Part shown: positions 1 to 10,238 of the stretch, piece by piece
Layout: every line of letters starts with the position of its first letter
Position numbering within the stretch: the first letter of the stretch is position 1
Source of the DNA: Acidobacteriota bacterium
Lineage (GTDB): Bacteria; Acidobacteriota; UBA890; WLXD01
Assembly (NCBI GenBank): GCA_965248695.1
Contig: CBDFKD010000002.1
Coordinates: 672,001 to 736,000 of the forward strand
Length of the DNA stretch: 64,000 bases
Reading direction: 5' to 3'
Notes under the pieces: generated by a model
Seen by the model: only the letters and a program-made list of their open reading frames with translations
Database searches by the model: none
Told to the model about the DNA's origin: nothing
Translations under genes and position numbers: made by a program

Positions 1-885
1 GATGCGCAGCAGGTATCGCTACCGACGCCGGATGGCGACTGCCTGCGGGTCCACTGGAACCGGGCGCAGCCGGCGGCGAGCGCGGTGCTGCTGGTTCTAC
101 ACGGCCTGACCGGCTGCGGAACATCGCCACAGGTAGTCGGCATCGCAGCCAAGGGTCGGGCGCGCGGGTTCGATGTGGTTCGGGCCGACCTGCGCAACGC
201 CTCGGGGGATGTCCCGAGCACGCAGGTAGGCCATGCCGGACGCTCCGAGGACGTGCGGACGATCCTGTGCCACATCCTCGAACGGTCACCCGGTGCAACC
301 GTTTGCATTACCGGCTACTCGCTCGGCGGCAACATCGCCTTGAAGTGTCTCTGCGAGCTCGCCGAGAGCGCACCGAAACAGCTGCGCGCAGTCGCTACGA
401 TCTCGGTACCGATCAACCTCGACGCCGCCTGCCGGCGAATCGACGCCCCCGTCAACATCGTCTATCGCACCTACTTCGTGAGTCGTCTGCGTCGCATCGT
501 CGCCAGAAGGGCTCTGCAAGACCCCGAGCGATACGCGCAGATCAACCTCGGCGGAGTGCGGACGATCCGCAGCTTCGACGACGCCGTCGTCGCGCCGCTA
601 GGCGGCTTCGACAGCGCTGCGGACTACTATCGGCGATGTAGCGCGCTCCGATTCATCGACGCGATTCGTGTCCCGACGCTGCTCATTCAGGCGCACGACG
701 ACCCGTTCATCCCGTTCGACGTGTATTGCGACCCGCGGATCGCGTCGAACCGCGCCGTGAGGCTGCTGGCGACGACGCATGGCGGCCATACCGGTTTCTA
801 TGGCTCATCTGCCGCTGATCCGGACCCCTTCTGGGCAGAGAATCGCGCCGTTGACTTCTGCGCCAAGGCAGCCGATCTTGCGTGA
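1..885 (+). CDS. YheT-like alpha/beta hydrolase (5' truncated by window edge)
   Basis: Frame is open from base 1. Motifs HGLTG, GYSLGG nucleophile elbow, DDPF and GGHTGF. Confidence 0.85.
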   Translation, partial: DAQQVSLPTPDGDCLRVHWNRAQPAASAVLLVLHGLTGCGTSPQVVGIAAKGRARGFDVVRADLRNASGDVPSTQVGHAGRSEDVRTILCHILERSPGATVCITGYSLGGNIALKCLCELAESAPKQLRAVATISVPINLDAACRRIDAPVNIVYRTYFVSRLRRIVARRALQDPERYAQINLGGVRTIRSFDDAVVAPLGGFDSAADYYRRCSALRFIDAIRVPTLLIQAHDDPFIPFDVYCDPRIASNRAVRLLATTHGGHTGFYGSSAADPDPFWAENRAVDFCAKAADLA

Positions 886-886
886 G

Positions 887-3353
887 ATGATCGTGATCTC
901 CCGCTGGGCAAGGCCATCGGCGCGACGCATCGGCACCATCGCATTGGCCTGCGCCACCACTGTTGGCGCCGCAACCACACTCGGTAGCACCGGCCGGCAG
1001 TCGACAATCTACGAGCAGCTGCGCGCTGCACCGCTGGCTCCCGCCGGACATCTGCAGCGCGCACACCTGGAAGTAGATCGCGCCAACCTGACTTTCGACG
1101 AAGGCGAGCTGTACCTGCTTGCTCCGGTCGCGGGACGGGTGACCGGAGCGGTCTACATCGGCAAGGGAACGATCCAGCTCGCCCCACCGAACGCGATCGA
1201 GGGCGATCAGCTGGACAAATACCTCGACGATCCAGACGTCGACCTGGAGTTCAAGTCGTTGGTCATGCGGTTCACTGACGACACCGGCGAGCGGCTGCGG
1301 CAGCTTGCAGGTACCCCGCGACGCCCGGACCTGAAGAAGGCAAACTCGGCTGTTTCGGCAGCGGCATGAGAAGGTCTTCGAGGAGCGCCTGCTGAACCTG
1401 GACAGCCGCGTCCTCATGGACATCGCAGATACGCGCTTCGACCTCACAGAGTCACGACCGGGGTATTTCTTCGCCGATATCGATGCCAAGGGCTGGTTTA
1501 CCTACGAGGTCGATCCGTTTCGGGTCGAGGAAGTCAGCCTTTACAAGGCCTACGGCTTGCGCCGCTCCTGGGACCGTTGGTCGGCGTTTCATCGGCTCGA
1601 CGACTACGCCGTCGCCGACGGGGCCCGACATAGCGCGTTCGCCGGACCGCTGGATCTCAACGAGCACTGGCGTCCCGCGGCGCTGGTGCACGAAGTCCGC
1701 ACCGACGTGGCCATCGACGGCGGCGGAGAGGTCGTGGCGGTGGCGGAGCTGGAGATCGAGTCGCTCGTCTCCACGAGCGTCATCAGACTGACCCTGTCGT
1801 CGCTGCTAGGTGTCGAGGAGATCCGCTGGGACAGCTCGCCGCTCGCAGATGCGGACGCCACCAGCTGGATTGACGCCTCCTCCCCTGGCGAGCCCCATGC
1901 CTTGAGCGGCGCTGTCGTGCCGTTCGTGCAGGAGCACCTCGGCCGCGGCCTGGGGGAGGATCGCTGGGAACCGCGGGTCACCGTTCTCCTTCCGCGCCCG
2001 GTCGCCGCCGGCGAGCGACTCGTCCTGCAGGTCCGCTATGGCGGCGAGCTGCTCGAGCGACTCCAGAACCGTGACTTCGTTCACCGCGACCCTGACAACT
2101 GGTACCCGCAACACCCACACGCACGGCGCTCGCGCTTCACGACCGTGTTTCGCGTGCCGGAACGCATGAGCATCGCCACCGGCGGTCAGCTAAAGAGCGA
2201 GTCCGTGGTCGCGGGCACACGCATCGAGTTGCGCACGATCTCCCAGCCGGTCATCGGGATGTCGTTTCACTTTGGCCGACTCGAGGCCGACAACCACGTT
2301 CTCGAAGGTCTGCCACCGCTGACCGTTTTCTCGTCGCCGCACACCACCGGCATCGATTTCGGCAATCGTGAAAAGACGCGCGACGACATCGCCGGATCGA
2401 TCAAGCTGTTCACCGACTACTACGGGCCTCCGCCGTTCGATCGACTGGTCGTCACTCAAACGCCCACCGCCGACGCACGCTCGTTTCACGGCTTCATTCT
2501 CCTCGGGTTCGGCTCCTTCGCCGGCATGCACACCGGCGAAGCCGAGCTGCTCCGCTCACACGAGCTCGCTCACCAGTGGTGGGGAAACGCCGTGACTTGG
2601 GACAGCTACCACGACCACTGGATGTCGGAGGGCTTCGCACAGTACTCATCCGCGCTCTACGCCTTGAAGGCGCTGGGTGACCAGGAGCAGTTTGCCGCCA
2701 TGATGGAAGCCTGGCGCAAGGACGTGCTGGCCAAGGTCGATGTACGCCAGCGCCTCGGGCTGCGCCACTACGGGTTGACGCGCGAGATATTGAGAGAGAG
2801 CGACGGCACCGACTCCGGTCCCATCTGGTTGGGACCGCGACTGGCGTCCGACAAGACACCGTTCGACTATCGGATTCTGGTCTACGAGAAGGGTGCCTAC
2901 GTGTTGCATATGCTGCGGATGATGCTGCTCGACTGGGAGCATGACGACGACGATCGCTTCAGACAGCTGATGCGCGATTTCCAGCAACGTCATCGTGGTG
3001 GCGCGGCCAGCACGATGGATTTTCGCGAGGCCGCTGAGCAAGCCGTCGGCGCGCCCTTGGACTGGTTCTTCGATCAATGGGTCTACGGGACCGCGATTCC
3101 GACCTATCGTCCTGATCTGACCGGTCGGCTCACAGACTCCGGCTGGCGTCTGACCGGGTCAGTTCGCCAGGACGACGTACCGGACGATTTCCGCATGCCG
3201 GTGCCGGTGCGTGTTCGCCTGGTCAACGGCGGCTCGCAGGTCGTTGTGCTGGATATCGACCGCCGAACTGTTCAGGTCGACGAACCCTTGCTTGGCGAGC
3301 CCGAAGAGATCGAGTTCAACCCGCAGAGCGCCGTCCTCGCCACCGTCAGGTAG
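887..3353 (+). CDS. Secreted M1-family aminopeptidase, frameshifted near 1345
   Basis: Signal peptide and N-terminal domain 887-1369. A second frame reads LFRQRHEKVFEERLLNLDSRVLMD into ORF 1416-3353, which has HELAH-QWWG...SEGFA and YEKG motifs. Confidence 0.8.
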
Positions 3354-3807
3354 CGTCGGATCCGTCTTCGCCCGCGGCCGTCAGCAGTGCGCTGTATCCG
3401 CGCTCGCCACCATCACCGAGCTCAATGGGCAGACCGGCGGCCTTCCAACCGGCGACCAGCATTTGACCAGCCGGATCACGCTGGCCGTTGAAGCCGGCGT
3501 CTACATTGAGCACGCGCGCGAACCCGACCCGACTCAACAGGTTGCCGGCGTGTAGCGACCGCTGTCCCGTCGCGCATCCGCAAAGTACGTTGGCGTCGCG
3601 ATCCAGCGCAGCATCAACGACGCGCACGAACTCCGGATTGGGCACCATCATGCCTGACGCTGCATGCGGCAGAGCGAAGGGAACGTTCCAGGCACCGGGC
3701 GGATGACCGCGTTCGAACTCCTCGACAGTGCGGACGTCGAGATAGACGGCATCCTCCTCACGCTCGAGCGATTCAGCCGCCGTCTGCACCGAAACCTCAT
3801 CGATCAT
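3346..3807 (-). CDS. Rhodanese-like domain protein
   Basis: YLDVRTVEEFERGHPPGA and active-site CATGQRS. Start at ATG 3807 inside the longer ORF. Confidence 0.85.
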   Translation of the reverse strand: MIDEVSVQTAAESLEREEDAVYLDVRTVEEFERGHPPGAWNVPFALPHAASGMMVPNPEFVRVVDAALDRDANVLCGCATGQRSLHAGNLLSRVGFARVLNVDAGFNGQRDPAGQMLVAGWKAAGLPIELGDGGERGYSALLTAAGEDGSDAT

Positions 3808-3897
3808 TCGTCGCCCTCCGAGTGCCTGCCCTCTTCGCGAACAGTATGATGGATCCTCGATCTCTTCGCCGCCCACTCGCATCGGCAGGAGCAGGCA

Positions 3898-4206
3898 ATG
3901 GACGATGGCCTGGCAACGGACAGCGAGACACACGAGATACGCTGTCCGTGTTGCCGCACCAAGCTCACGCTCGACGCCGCCTCCGGGGCGATCCTGTTCG
4001 AGGAACGGCCGAAACGCGACGCGGCAACGTGGGACGGCGCATTGGCGGCGGGGAAACGCCAGCAAGATGACGCCGCGCGTCAGTTCAAGCAGGGAATCGA
4101 ACGCGAGCTCAACGCCGACGAACTGCTGGAAAAGAAGTTCCGCGAGGCCCTCAAGCGCGCCGACAAGAGCGACTCCCCTCCCCCTCGTATCTTCGATCTC
4201 GATTGA
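3898..4206 (+). CDS. Small hypothetical protein with CPCC zinc-knuckle and charged helical C-terminus
   Basis: ORF with AGGAG RBS. Its stop overlaps the start of the next gene. Confidence 0.7.
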   Translation: MDDGLATDSETHEIRCPCCRTKLTLDAASGAILFEERPKRDAATWDGALAAGKRQQDDAARQFKQGIERELNADELLEKKFREALKRADKSDSPPPRIFDLD

Positions 4207-5540
4207 CTCCAGCGCGCGCCATCGTCCGGATGCTCGCGGCCGGCACCGTGGTAGTGACGGCAGTGGCGGTCCAGGCCACGCCGCAGAAGGGATCGGCGCC
4301 GGGCTTGGTCGACATGCCCGCCGGTGTCGCGAGGGTGCTGGAGCACCCGTCGTTGGACGGCGCCCGCATTGGTCTTCAGGCCGCCGTCCTGACCACAGGC
4401 GAGCTCGTTCTGTCGCATCACGCCGACGAGCTCTTCGCACCTGCCTCGATCACCAAGCTGTTCACCACCGCAACAGCGCTGTCGCGGCTCGGCGCCCATT
4501 TCGTCTGGCGGACGCCGTTGGCGCACAACGGCTCGCGTCGCGGAAGCACCATCGACGGTGACCTGTGGGTACTCGGCCGAGGCGCTCCCGACCTGGTCGA
4601 GGAACGTCTTTGGATCGCCGCCAACTGGCTCGCCGAAGACGGCGTCACACGGATCACGGGCGACCTGGTCGTCGACGATCGCTACTTCGACGCCGAGCGC
4701 TACGGCAACGGCTGGCCCGGGGGCCGACAAGTGCACGAGGCGTATCACGCCTCCATCAGCGCCTCGATGGCCAACTTCAGCGCCCGCCGGGTCAACAACG
4801 AGTGGACCGCGGTCGACGATCCAGCGATCTATCTCGGCGAGCGCATGGCGGCCCTCCTTGGCAAGGCCGGGGTCGAGCTCGGAGGAGCTCCTCGCAGGCC
4901 GCTTCCGGAGGAACTGGACGAGATTCCTGCGCCGACGTTCGACGGCACGGACATGGGCCGGGCATCGGTGCCCGCACCGCTGACATGGCTCTACGATGTC
5001 GAGTCCGAGCCGCTCGGCCGTGTGGTGATGGACGTCAACAAATTCAGCAACAACATCATGGCCGAGTCGTTGCTCAAGACCCTCGGAGCGGTCGAGTACG
5101 CTGCCCCGGGGACCGCCAGCAAGGGGCTCGCAGTGGTCGCGAGCTTCCTGCACGACGAGCTCGAGCTGCCGCTCAACTCGTACGTCCAAGCCGATGGATC
5201 GGGGCTCTCGAACCTCAACCGCTTTGCGCCCTCGCAAGTGGTGACGTTGCTGACTCGAGCGCAGCGCAACTTTCATATCGGTCCCGAGCTGCTGGCTTCG
5301 TTGAAGCTCTCAGGGCTCGATGGCTGGAATCCGGCGCCTTTTCGCAGCGGGCCGCTACTCGGCGAGCTGCGCGTAAAGTCCGGCCACATCCGCGGCGTCA
5401 ATACGCTGAGCGGGCTGGTTCACGCTGATAGCGGTCAGACGCTGGTCTTCTGCGCCATGGTGAACGACCATCGCGCGCAGCAGTGGGAGATCGACCAGCG
5501 CATGGCCGAGATCGCTTCCGTCCTGATGCGCACCTTCTGA
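4203..5540 (+). CDS. dacB: D-alanyl-D-alanine carboxypeptidase/endopeptidase (PBP4, peptidase S13)
   Basis: PASITK (SxxK), SNN (SxN), KSG (KTG), DGSGLS motifs and a signal peptide. Confidence 0.9.
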   Translation: MTPARAIVRMLAAGTVVVTAVAVQATPQKGSAPGLVDMPAGVARVLEHPSLDGARIGLQAAVLTTGELVLSHHADELFAPASITKLFTTATALSRLGAHFVWRTPLAHNGSRRGSTIDGDLWVLGRGAPDLVEERLWIAANWLAEDGVTRITGDLVVDDRYFDAERYGNGWPGGRQVHEAYHASISASMANFSARRVNNEWTAVDDPAIYLGERMAALLGKAGVELGGAPRRPLPEELDEIPAPTFDGTDMGRASVPAPLTWLYDVESEPLGRVVMDVNKFSNNIMAESLLKTLGAVEYAAPGTASKGLAVVASFLHDELELPLNSYVQADGSGLSNLNRFAPSQVVTLLTRAQRNFHIGPELLASLKLSGLDGWNPAPFRSGPLLGELRVKSGHIRGVNTLSGLVHADSGQTLVFCAMVNDHRAQQWEIDQRMAEIASVLMRTF

Positions 5541-5596
5541 CCAGACCTGCGCTACGCTGCGCCGCGATCACAAGCTCAATGGCGCCGGAGGGGACA

Positions 5597-6199
5597 ATGC
5601 ACGTCGAGGTTCCGGAATACACCGTCGCCGAAATCGTCGCCGTCGATTCAGCGCGCACCGGCCTGCTCATCGTCGACATGCAGAACGATTTCGTGCGCCC
5701 GGATGGCAAGCTTCCGGTTCCGGGTGCCGAGGAGACGATCCCCGCCATCCTCCGGTTGTTGGAGTTCGCTCGCCACCATCGACTCCGGGTCTTCTACACT
5801 CAAGATTCACATCAGCCCGCCGACCCGGAGTTCGACATCTGGGGGGAGCATGCCCTGGTGGAAACACCGGGGTGGCAAATCATCGACGAGCTGGCGCCGC
5901 AGTCGGGCGGCAGCGATGAGGTGTTCCGCAAGGACCGCTATGACGGATTCTTTCGAACCGAGCTCGAAACATCGCTAGAGCAGGCCGGCATCGATACGCT
6001 GATCATCTGCGGCACGGTGGCGAACATCTGCGTGCTTTCCACCGCCTCCAGTGCCGCCATCCGCTGGTACGACGTGATCCTGCCCGTCGATGCAGTGTCA
6101 GCAATCACCGATTTCGATCTGCAGCTCACTATCCGGCAGGTCGCGTTCCTGTTTCAGGGGACGATCACCACGACGGGCGCGCTGCAAACTCTGGAGTGA
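5597..6199 (+). CDS. Isochorismatase/nicotinamidase-family cysteine hydrolase
   Basis: IVDMQNDF, KDRYDGF and catalytic NICV motifs. Confidence 0.88.
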   Translation: MHVEVPEYTVAEIVAVDSARTGLLIVDMQNDFVRPDGKLPVPGAEETIPAILRLLEFARHHRLRVFYTQDSHQPADPEFDIWGEHALVETPGWQIIDELAPQSGGSDEVFRKDRYDGFFRTELETSLEQAGIDTLIICGTVANICVLSTASSAAIRWYDVILPVDAVSAITDFDLQLTIRQVAFLFQGTITTTGALQTLE

Positions 6200-6269
6200 G
6201 CGGGATCAGACAAACAGTCGCCGTACCTGGCCGTGGCTCCCCTGCCCGTTGCGCACCTGCGGCTCCGCG

Positions 6270-7073
6270 TCAGACCAGTCGCGCGGCACCGGTGTAGGCC
6301 ACCAGGCTCGTCCCGCGAACGAAGCCGACCAGCGTCATCGCCTTTTCCGTCGCCAGCTCAATCGCCAGGCTCGAAACGGCGGACACGCCGGCGACCAGCG
6401 GTATGCGCGCCACCGCTGCCTTTTGCACGATCTCGAACGACTGTCGGCCCGACACGACCAGCATGTGACCAGCCAATGGCAACAGGTCGTGGGCATAGGC
6501 GTGGCCAATCACCTTGTCGACGGCATTGTGGCGGCCGATATCCTCGCGCACCACGATCAGCTCACCGTGGCGCGAGAACAACCCGGCGGCGTGCAAGCCG
6601 CCGGTCGCCGAGAAAACTTCCTGGCGATCGCGGAGGGCCGGCACGGCCGCCGAGATATCGGCGCGTTGGAACGTGGTCGGGTCGTCGAGCGGCGGCGCCA
6701 TCACGTGGATCGCTTCAATGCTCGCCTTGCCACAGACGCCGCACGACGAGGAAGCATAGAAGTTGCGATCCCAGTCGCCGGCTGGCTCAACTCCCGGCAC
6801 CAGCCGCACCTCGACTATATTTTCGGGGTTCAAGGCATCCGGATCGGTGCACGCGCTGACCGAACCGATATCGCCCTGGCGGACGATCCCCTCGCTGAAC
6901 AGGAACCCGGCGGCAAGCTCCCGGTCATGGCCCGGAGTCCGCATGACAACCGCCACGGGCTCGCCGCCGAGCCGGATCTCGCAGGGCTCTTCGACGACGA
7001 CCTGGTCGTCAACTTGCTCGACGACGCCGCCAACCGAACGCTGGATGGCAATGGTAGCAACCGACTCTTCCAC
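6270..7073 (-). CDS. fdhD: Formate dehydrogenase accessory sulfurtransferase
   Basis: MRTPG, SSCGVCGK, TGGLHAA and EDIGRHNAVDK motifs. Confidence 0.95.
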   Translation of the reverse strand: MEESVATIAIQRSVGGVVEQVDDQVVVEEPCEIRLGGEPVAVVMRTPGHDRELAAGFLFSEGIVRQGDIGSVSACTDPDALNPENIVEVRLVPGVEPAGDWDRNFYASSSCGVCGKASIEAIHVMAPPLDDPTTFQRADISAAVPALRDRQEVFSATGGLHAAGLFSRHGELIVVREDIGRHNAVDKVIGHAYAHDLLPLAGHMLVVSGRQSFEIVQKAAVARIPLVAGVSAVSSLAIELATEKAMTLVGFVRGTSLVAYTGAARLV

Positions 7074-7079
7074 GTCGCC

Positions 7080-7985
7080 TCAGCTCTCCGACACGCTGGA
7101 TGTCGAATCCGGTCGGGCCGTGCCGCCGTGCCGCTCGAGCTCCCCGAGCAGGTCTTCCGAGTCCCAGTCGTTGCCGACGAAACCCTTCACCACCGTGCCT
7201 TCCGGGTCGACGAGGACAGTGCGTAGAGAGTGCAGCAGCTCGCCGTTCTCGGGCATGAAGCGCAGGCCGGTGAACTCTCCGATCTCCCTGAGCGCTGGCG
7301 GTTCTGCGCTGGCGAACTGCCAGCGCTCGAATCCCTCCGGGGCGGCGTTGTCTAGATACCGTTCACCGTATTGGCGCAACACTTCCACCGTGTCGAACAG
7401 CGGATCGATGCTCAACGACAGCAGTCGCAGATCACGGAAGCGCTCCGGCTCATCCTCGACGGCGTCGAACAGCGACCTGAAGCTCTCCGACATTCGCGGG
7501 CAAAAATCCGGCAGCGGGCAACGAGTGTAAATAAACGTGAAGGCAAAGTAGCTGCCGCGATACGCGTCGAGCCCGAACCGCTCGCCGTCCTGGTTGATCA
7601 CCTCGATCACGGGCACGAGCACACCAGGCTCGGCGACGCGGATCACCGCCTCGGCAGCGGCGCCGCGAGCAGCCGGGTTGGTGATGATGACGTCCTCTAG
7701 CCAGCTGCTCGCCCCCTGGACGATCAAAGTGGCGCGCACACGCGCTCCCGGCTCAGCCGCATCGAACACCCAAGCGTCGGCAACGTTGAACGGCATCGTC
7801 ATCGCGGACATGTAGTCCACCACTGCCTCATGACTGATCATGACGGTCTTGTGCTCAGCGTCGGCGCTGACCACCGTGCCGACCAGGTCGTAGCGCAATG
7901 TCGAGCCTTCCGACCCCGGTTCGGTCGCAGCACAGGCACCGGCGATCAGGACGGCTACGATGCAACAGCACAGTCGTGGGGTCAT
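7080..7985 (-). CDS. SCO1/SenC-family lipoprotein with N-terminal CusF-like copper-binding domain
   Basis: Lipobox-like AGAC, HE...MSAMTMPF, YTRCPLPDFCP and HS motif. Confidence 0.88.
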   Translation of the reverse strand: MTPRLCCCIVAVLIAGACAATEPGSEGSTLRYDLVGTVVSADAEHKTVMISHEAVVDYMSAMTMPFNVADAWVFDAAEPGARVRATLIVQGASSWLEDVIITNPAARGAAAEAVIRVAEPGVLVPVIEVINQDGERFGLDAYRGSYFAFTFIYTRCPLPDFCPRMSESFRSLFDAVEDEPERFRDLRLLSLSIDPLFDTVEVLRQYGERYLDNAAPEGFERWQFASAEPPALREIGEFTGLRFMPENGELLHSLRTVLVDPEGTVVKGFVGNDWDSEDLLGELERHGGTARPDSTSSVSES

Positions 7986-8004
7986 GCGGACGGATCCAAG
8001 GACA

Positions 8005-10191
8005 TCACAGCGACTCGAGCTTGTGGGGCCAGGCTTCCGAATAGAATGGCTCGTCGCGCGCCAGCGCGCCAGCTACCGCGAACCGAGCTCCGTGCCCCTC
8101 ACCCAGCTGGTGGAGACGCGCCCGCGTGGCGCTCAGGCCACGGGCGTCGGCGTGACGGAAGACCCCGCCGCGGAACGGAGCGAATCCGATACCGAAGACC
8201 AATGCCAGATCGGCGGCGTGCGGCGAGGCAACAACCTCTTCTTCGAGAGCCCGCGCCGACTCGATCAGGAGAGTCAGGATGCACCGATCGACGATCGTCT
8301 CGGCGGTCTCGGCGTTGTTGTCTCGCTGCACGAGCTTCTCCACCCCCGGATCCGGCTGCGGCTGTCCACCTTCCGCATAGCGATAGAACCCGGCGCCGCC
8401 TTTGTGTCCACGCCGCCCAGTCTCGTGGACAAGCGCCGCAGCTTCGGCGCGCGGCGCCGCGGCGTCGAGCACGCTCTCGAGCTGGGCTGCCACCTTGGCG
8501 GCCACGTCGAGGCCGATCTCGTCGAGCAACCGCAGTGGTCCCATCGGCATCCCGAACTGCTCCAACGCTGAATCGATCTGGCGGATCGTCGAGCCCTCCT
8601 CCAACAGCAGCAAGGCTTCGTTCAGATATGGTGCCAGCACGCGATTCACGAAGAACCCCGGCGAGTCGGCAACCACCACCGGCACCTTGCCCATCGAGGT
8701 AGCGAACGCTGCAGCTGTTGCCACAGCGACCTCCGAGGACTCCGGTCCACGGACCACCTCCACCAGCGGCATGCGATGCACCGGGTTGAAGAAATGCAAT
8801 CCCACGAGACGCGACGGATCGCTGAGCGCGGTGGACATCGCACCGATCGTGAGCGACGAGGTATTGGTCGCCAGAACGGTCCTCGGAGAGGACGCCCGTT
8901 CGGCAGCAGAAAGCACCTCGTGCTTGACGTCGAGGTTCTCGACCACCGCCTCGATGATCAGGTCGGCATGTCGAAAGCCGGCGTTTTCCAGCGTCGGCGA
9001 GATCAAGCTCATGCCGCGGCTCACCTGCGAGCGACTCAACCGGCCCCGGCGTCGGCGATCGTCGAAATTCTCATAGGCCACCCCCATCGCCAGCCTCAGC
9101 GAGTCCATCGAGATGTCCTTCAGACGCACGGCAACGTTTCGGTAGGCGGCCAGCTGCGCGATCCCGCCCCCCATGATTCCGGCGCCCAACACTCCCAAGC
9201 GTCGTACTACGGCGGGTACCCCGGCGGCCGCGACCGACTGATCGCGACGTGCTGCCTGGCGCATAAAGAAGATCCCCACCAGGTTGCGGGTGACCTCGTG
9301 CACCACCAACTCCCCGACCGCCTCGGCCTCGAGTTTGAGCCCACGGTCGAGCGTCCCGCGCAATCCCCGCCGCACTGCCGAGAGAGCCGCGACCGGCGCC
9401 GGATATTGGCCCTTGGCGCGACGCGCGACGGTGCCCGCTGCCTGCCGGAACACCAGTGACCGTCCGATGGGGTTTCCTTCGAGGATCCAACGACGCAGGC
9501 GCCGAGTCAGCGGCCGATCCTCGGGCGCCGGTCGGCGCGGGCGCGGATGCGGCCGAGCTGCCCACTGGATCGCCGTGGCCCGCAAGAGTGGTGGGGGCAC
9601 AACGGCGTCAACCAGGCCGATGCGTCGCGCTCGGCCGGCTGCAGCGGATCGTCCGGTGAGCAGCATTGGCAGCGCGCGCTCCAACGACAACAACCTCGGT
9701 AGCCGCTGGGTGCCGCCAAAGCCGGGAATGATGCCCAGATTCACCTCCGGGAAACCGATCTCGACCGCGGTATCGTCCGCCGCGATTCGGTAGTCGCACG
9801 CCAGCGCCAGCTCTATGCCGCCACCGAGACAAGTGCCATTGATCGCTGCCACCGTGGTGAGCGGCAGCTCGGCGAGGGCCTGGAACGCTAGCTGGCCCTG
9901 GCGAGCGCCCGCGGTACCGGCAGCCGCACTGCGTACACCACCGATCGCACCCACATCGAGGCCGGCGATGAATGATCCGGGCTTGCCCGACGCGACGATA
10001 AGCCCTTGTAGTCGGCCCTGCTCGGCCAGGCCGCGCACCTCGGTCACCAGCGCGACGAACCGCTCGATGAGCTCGGGTGTGAAGCGGTTGTGCTGGCTGC
10101 CGGGCTGATCGAACTCGAGTACCGCGGTGCCGTCGCCGGCGATGTCCAGGCAGAGCCCGGCGCCGGCCACTGCGTCTTGCTTGCGACTCAC
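8005..10191 (-). CDS. fadJ: Fatty acid oxidation complex alpha subunit (enoyl-CoA hydratase/3-hydroxyacyl-CoA dehydrogenase)
   Basis: CLGGGIELALAC, PGFGGTQRLPR, GAGIMGGGIA and HFFNPV motifs. Start estimated at GTG 10191. Confidence 0.9.
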   Translation of the reverse strand: MSRKQDAVAGAGLCLDIAGDGTAVLEFDQPGSQHNRFTPELIERFVALVTEVRGLAEQGRLQGLIVASGKPGSFIAGLDVGAIGGVRSAAAGTAGARQGQLAFQALAELPLTTVAAINGTCLGGGIELALACDYRIAADDTAVEIGFPEVNLGIIPGFGGTQRLPRLLSLERALPMLLTGRSAAAGRARRIGLVDAVVPPPLLRATAIQWAARPHPRPRRPAPEDRPLTRRLRRWILEGNPIGRSLVFRQAAGTVARRAKGQYPAPVAALSAVRRGLRGTLDRGLKLEAEAVGELVVHEVTRNLVGIFFMRQAARRDQSVAAAGVPAVVRRLGVLGAGIMGGGIAQLAAYRNVAVRLKDISMDSLRLAMGVAYENFDDRRRRGRLSRSQVSRGMSLISPTLENAGFRHADLIIEAVVENLDVKHEVLSAAERASSPRTVLATNTSSLTIGAMSTALSDPSRLVGLHFFNPVHRMPLVEVVRGPESSEVAVATAAAFATSMGKVPVVVADSPGFFVNRVLAPYLNEALLLLEEGSTIRQIDSALEQFGMPMGPLRLLDEIGLDVAAKVAAQLESVLDAAAPRAEAAALVHETGRRGHKGGAGFYRYAEGGQPQPDPGVEKLVQRDNNAETAETIVDRCILTLLIESARALEEEVVASPHAADLALVFGIGFAPFRGGVFRHADARGLSATRARLHQLGEGHGARFAVAGALARDEPFYSEAWPHKLESL

Positions 10192-10238
10192 CGTCGGTGT
10201 CCTCTGGTCGTGCCTGGTCGCATTTCGGTCACGGCCTG

